Below are positions 63,141 to 64,000 of a DNA stretch of 64,000 nucleotides, piece after piece. The position numbers were made by a program, and so were the translations under genes. Origin of the DNA: Candidatus Omnitrophota bacterium (GTDB lineage: Bacteria; Omnitrophota; Gorgyraeia; Zapsychrales; Fredricksoniimonadaceae). A model generated the notes under the pieces. It was not told where the DNA came from and searched no databases. It worked only from the letters and a program-made list of their open reading frames with translations. The stretch lies in contig JABDFL010000003.1 in NCBI GenBank assembly GCA_013286575.1, positions 12,196-76,195 of the forward strand, read 5' to 3'. How positions within the stretch are numbered: position 1 is the stretch's first letter; every line of letters begins with the position of its first letter.

Positions 63141-64000
63141 ATGCCAGTTTTCAAGAGAGTATCATGCACGCACTGTTCAAGACATAAAGATTTAAGAAAT
63201 GAAGAAGACCGCCTCAAGAAGGATGTTTGCATTTCGTGTGGAAATCCGTACAACATAACTGATCGTAATTCGAGCTACTACGTTGATTACAGTTATGGTG
63301 GTCGTCGCTTTCGTGAGAAGATAGGCCCAAGTAAAGCCCTTGCAGAAACGGTACTGTCAAAAATTCAGGTTGAAATTGCTGAAGGCAAATTTCTAGATGT
63401 TAAGAAACAACAGAAAATTAGTTTTAGTGCTTTTGCTGATGAGTATATCGAATTATACGCAAAGACAAATAACATTCGCTGGAAAGTAAGCATTGTGCCA
63501 AACATGAACGCCCTTAAACGGTTCTTTGGTGACAAGAATCTATCTGAAATCACACCTCACTTAATAGAAAAATTCAAAGTCGAACGTTTAAAAGAAGTCA
63601 GCCCCGCCGCAACTAACAGAGCATTAACGTTATTAAAATCTATGTTCAACCGTGCAATCGAGTGGGAGAAGTTTGACGGGCAAAACCCCGTTACAAAAAT
63701 AAAGTTTTTTAGAGAGGATAACCATAAGCTCCGCTACCTTCAAAAAGGAGAAATAAGGAGACTTATTGATAATTGTGAAGAAATTATACGCCCACTAGTC
63801 ATTGTTGCCGTTAATACTGGTATGCGAAGGGGAGAGCTATTCAATTTAAGGTGGAACGATATTGATTTCAATAAAGGGATCATTCACTTGCTAAGAACTA
63901 AGAACGGGGAAAGACGTGAATTGCCTATGAATGAAGCAGTTAAAAGAGCAATACTTGGATCTAAGGCGTATTCCACGAGTGAGTATGTGTTTTCTACTCT
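63141..64000 (+). CDS. tyrosine recombinase / phage-type integrase, 3' end outside the window
   Basis: This ORF is absent from the supplied track because it has no stop in the window. I translated it by hand from the ATG at 63141 and found no stop through 64000. It has a core-binding-type segment 'ITPHLIEKFKVERLKEVSPAATNRALTLLKSMFNRAIEW' and the start of the catalytic domain 'AVNTGMRRGELFNLRWNDIDF' (first catalytic Arg). There is an N-terminal CxxC...CxxC. Confidence 0.85.
   Translation, partial: MPVFKRVSCTHCSRHKDLRNEEDRLKKDVCISCGNPYNITDRNSSYYVDYSYGGRRFREKIGPSKALAETVLSKIQVEIAEGKFLDVKKQQKISFSAFADEYIELYAKTNNIRWKVSIVPNMNALKRFFGDKNLSEITPHLIEKFKVERLKEVSPAATNRALTLLKSMFNRAIEWEKFDGQNPVTKIKFFREDNHKLRYLQKGEIRRLIDNCEEIIRPLVIVAVNTGMRRGELFNLRWNDIDFNKGIIHLLRTKNGERRELPMNEAVKRAILGSKAYSTSEYVFST

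Larger units (their letters stand above)
51754..64000. mobile_element. AT-rich genomic island next to tRNA-Val/tRNA-Asp, right end outside the window
   Basis: Composition drops abruptly right after the tRNA terminator, with hand-sampled 60-mers at about 23-35% GC against about 50% in the core. The cargo is defence-like, and the island also holds an IS1595-like transposase and excisionase plus tyrosine integrase at 62868 to beyond 64000. I found no att direct repeat within the window. Confidence 0.6.

Overview
This is a bacterial chromosomal window using the standard genetic code. Hand-sampled 60-mers suggest about 50-55% GC in the core genes. No searches or computations were run, so every call rests on motifs read from the translations and on repeats or hairpins read from the DNA. 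(1) Positions 1-21036 are the 3' 21 kb of one giant ORF of more than 7,000 aa that runs off the left edge. It carries a SecA-like DEAD motor, a 2H-phosphoesterase motif pair, TPR-like repeats and hydrophobic segments, and its base composition shifts sharply near 13.2 kb. (2) Positions 21-33.7 kb and 41.5-51.7 kb are housekeeping genes: PilZ, mutL, mutS, sixA, trmB, a D,D-carboxypeptidase, a DsbA-like protein, an L27-like protein, glmS, rsmI, a split pyrimidine cluster (pyrR-pyrB-pyrC, then pyrK-pyrD-pyrF), mutM, an amino-acid permease and three tRNAs. Two families of short palindromic repeats are scattered through these genes, and several copies are translated in frame inside mutL and the giant ORF. 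(3) Positions 33.7-41.5 kb hold two paralogous, very large type IV pilin-like proteins whose C-termini are cysteine-rich tandem repeats. They are followed by a tightly coupled set of genes: a methyltransferase, an HTTM (gamma-carboxylase-like) membrane protein, an unknown protein and a SipW-type signal peptidase. (4) Positions 51.7 to beyond 64 kb are a very AT-rich island that starts right after tRNA-Val and tRNA-Asp. It carries a five-gene operon (Vsr, C5-methyltransferase, ParB-like protein, SNF2 ATPase, DUF3883-type nuclease) that I cannot assign to any named defence or restriction-modification type. It also carries an XRE regulator, a lipoprotein, an IS1595-like transposase, a small replication-like module with palindromic operator sites, and excisionase plus integrase at the right edge. 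The giant ORF, the pilins and the repeat style are reminiscent of uncultivated lineages such as Omnitrophota, but that is only a guess.
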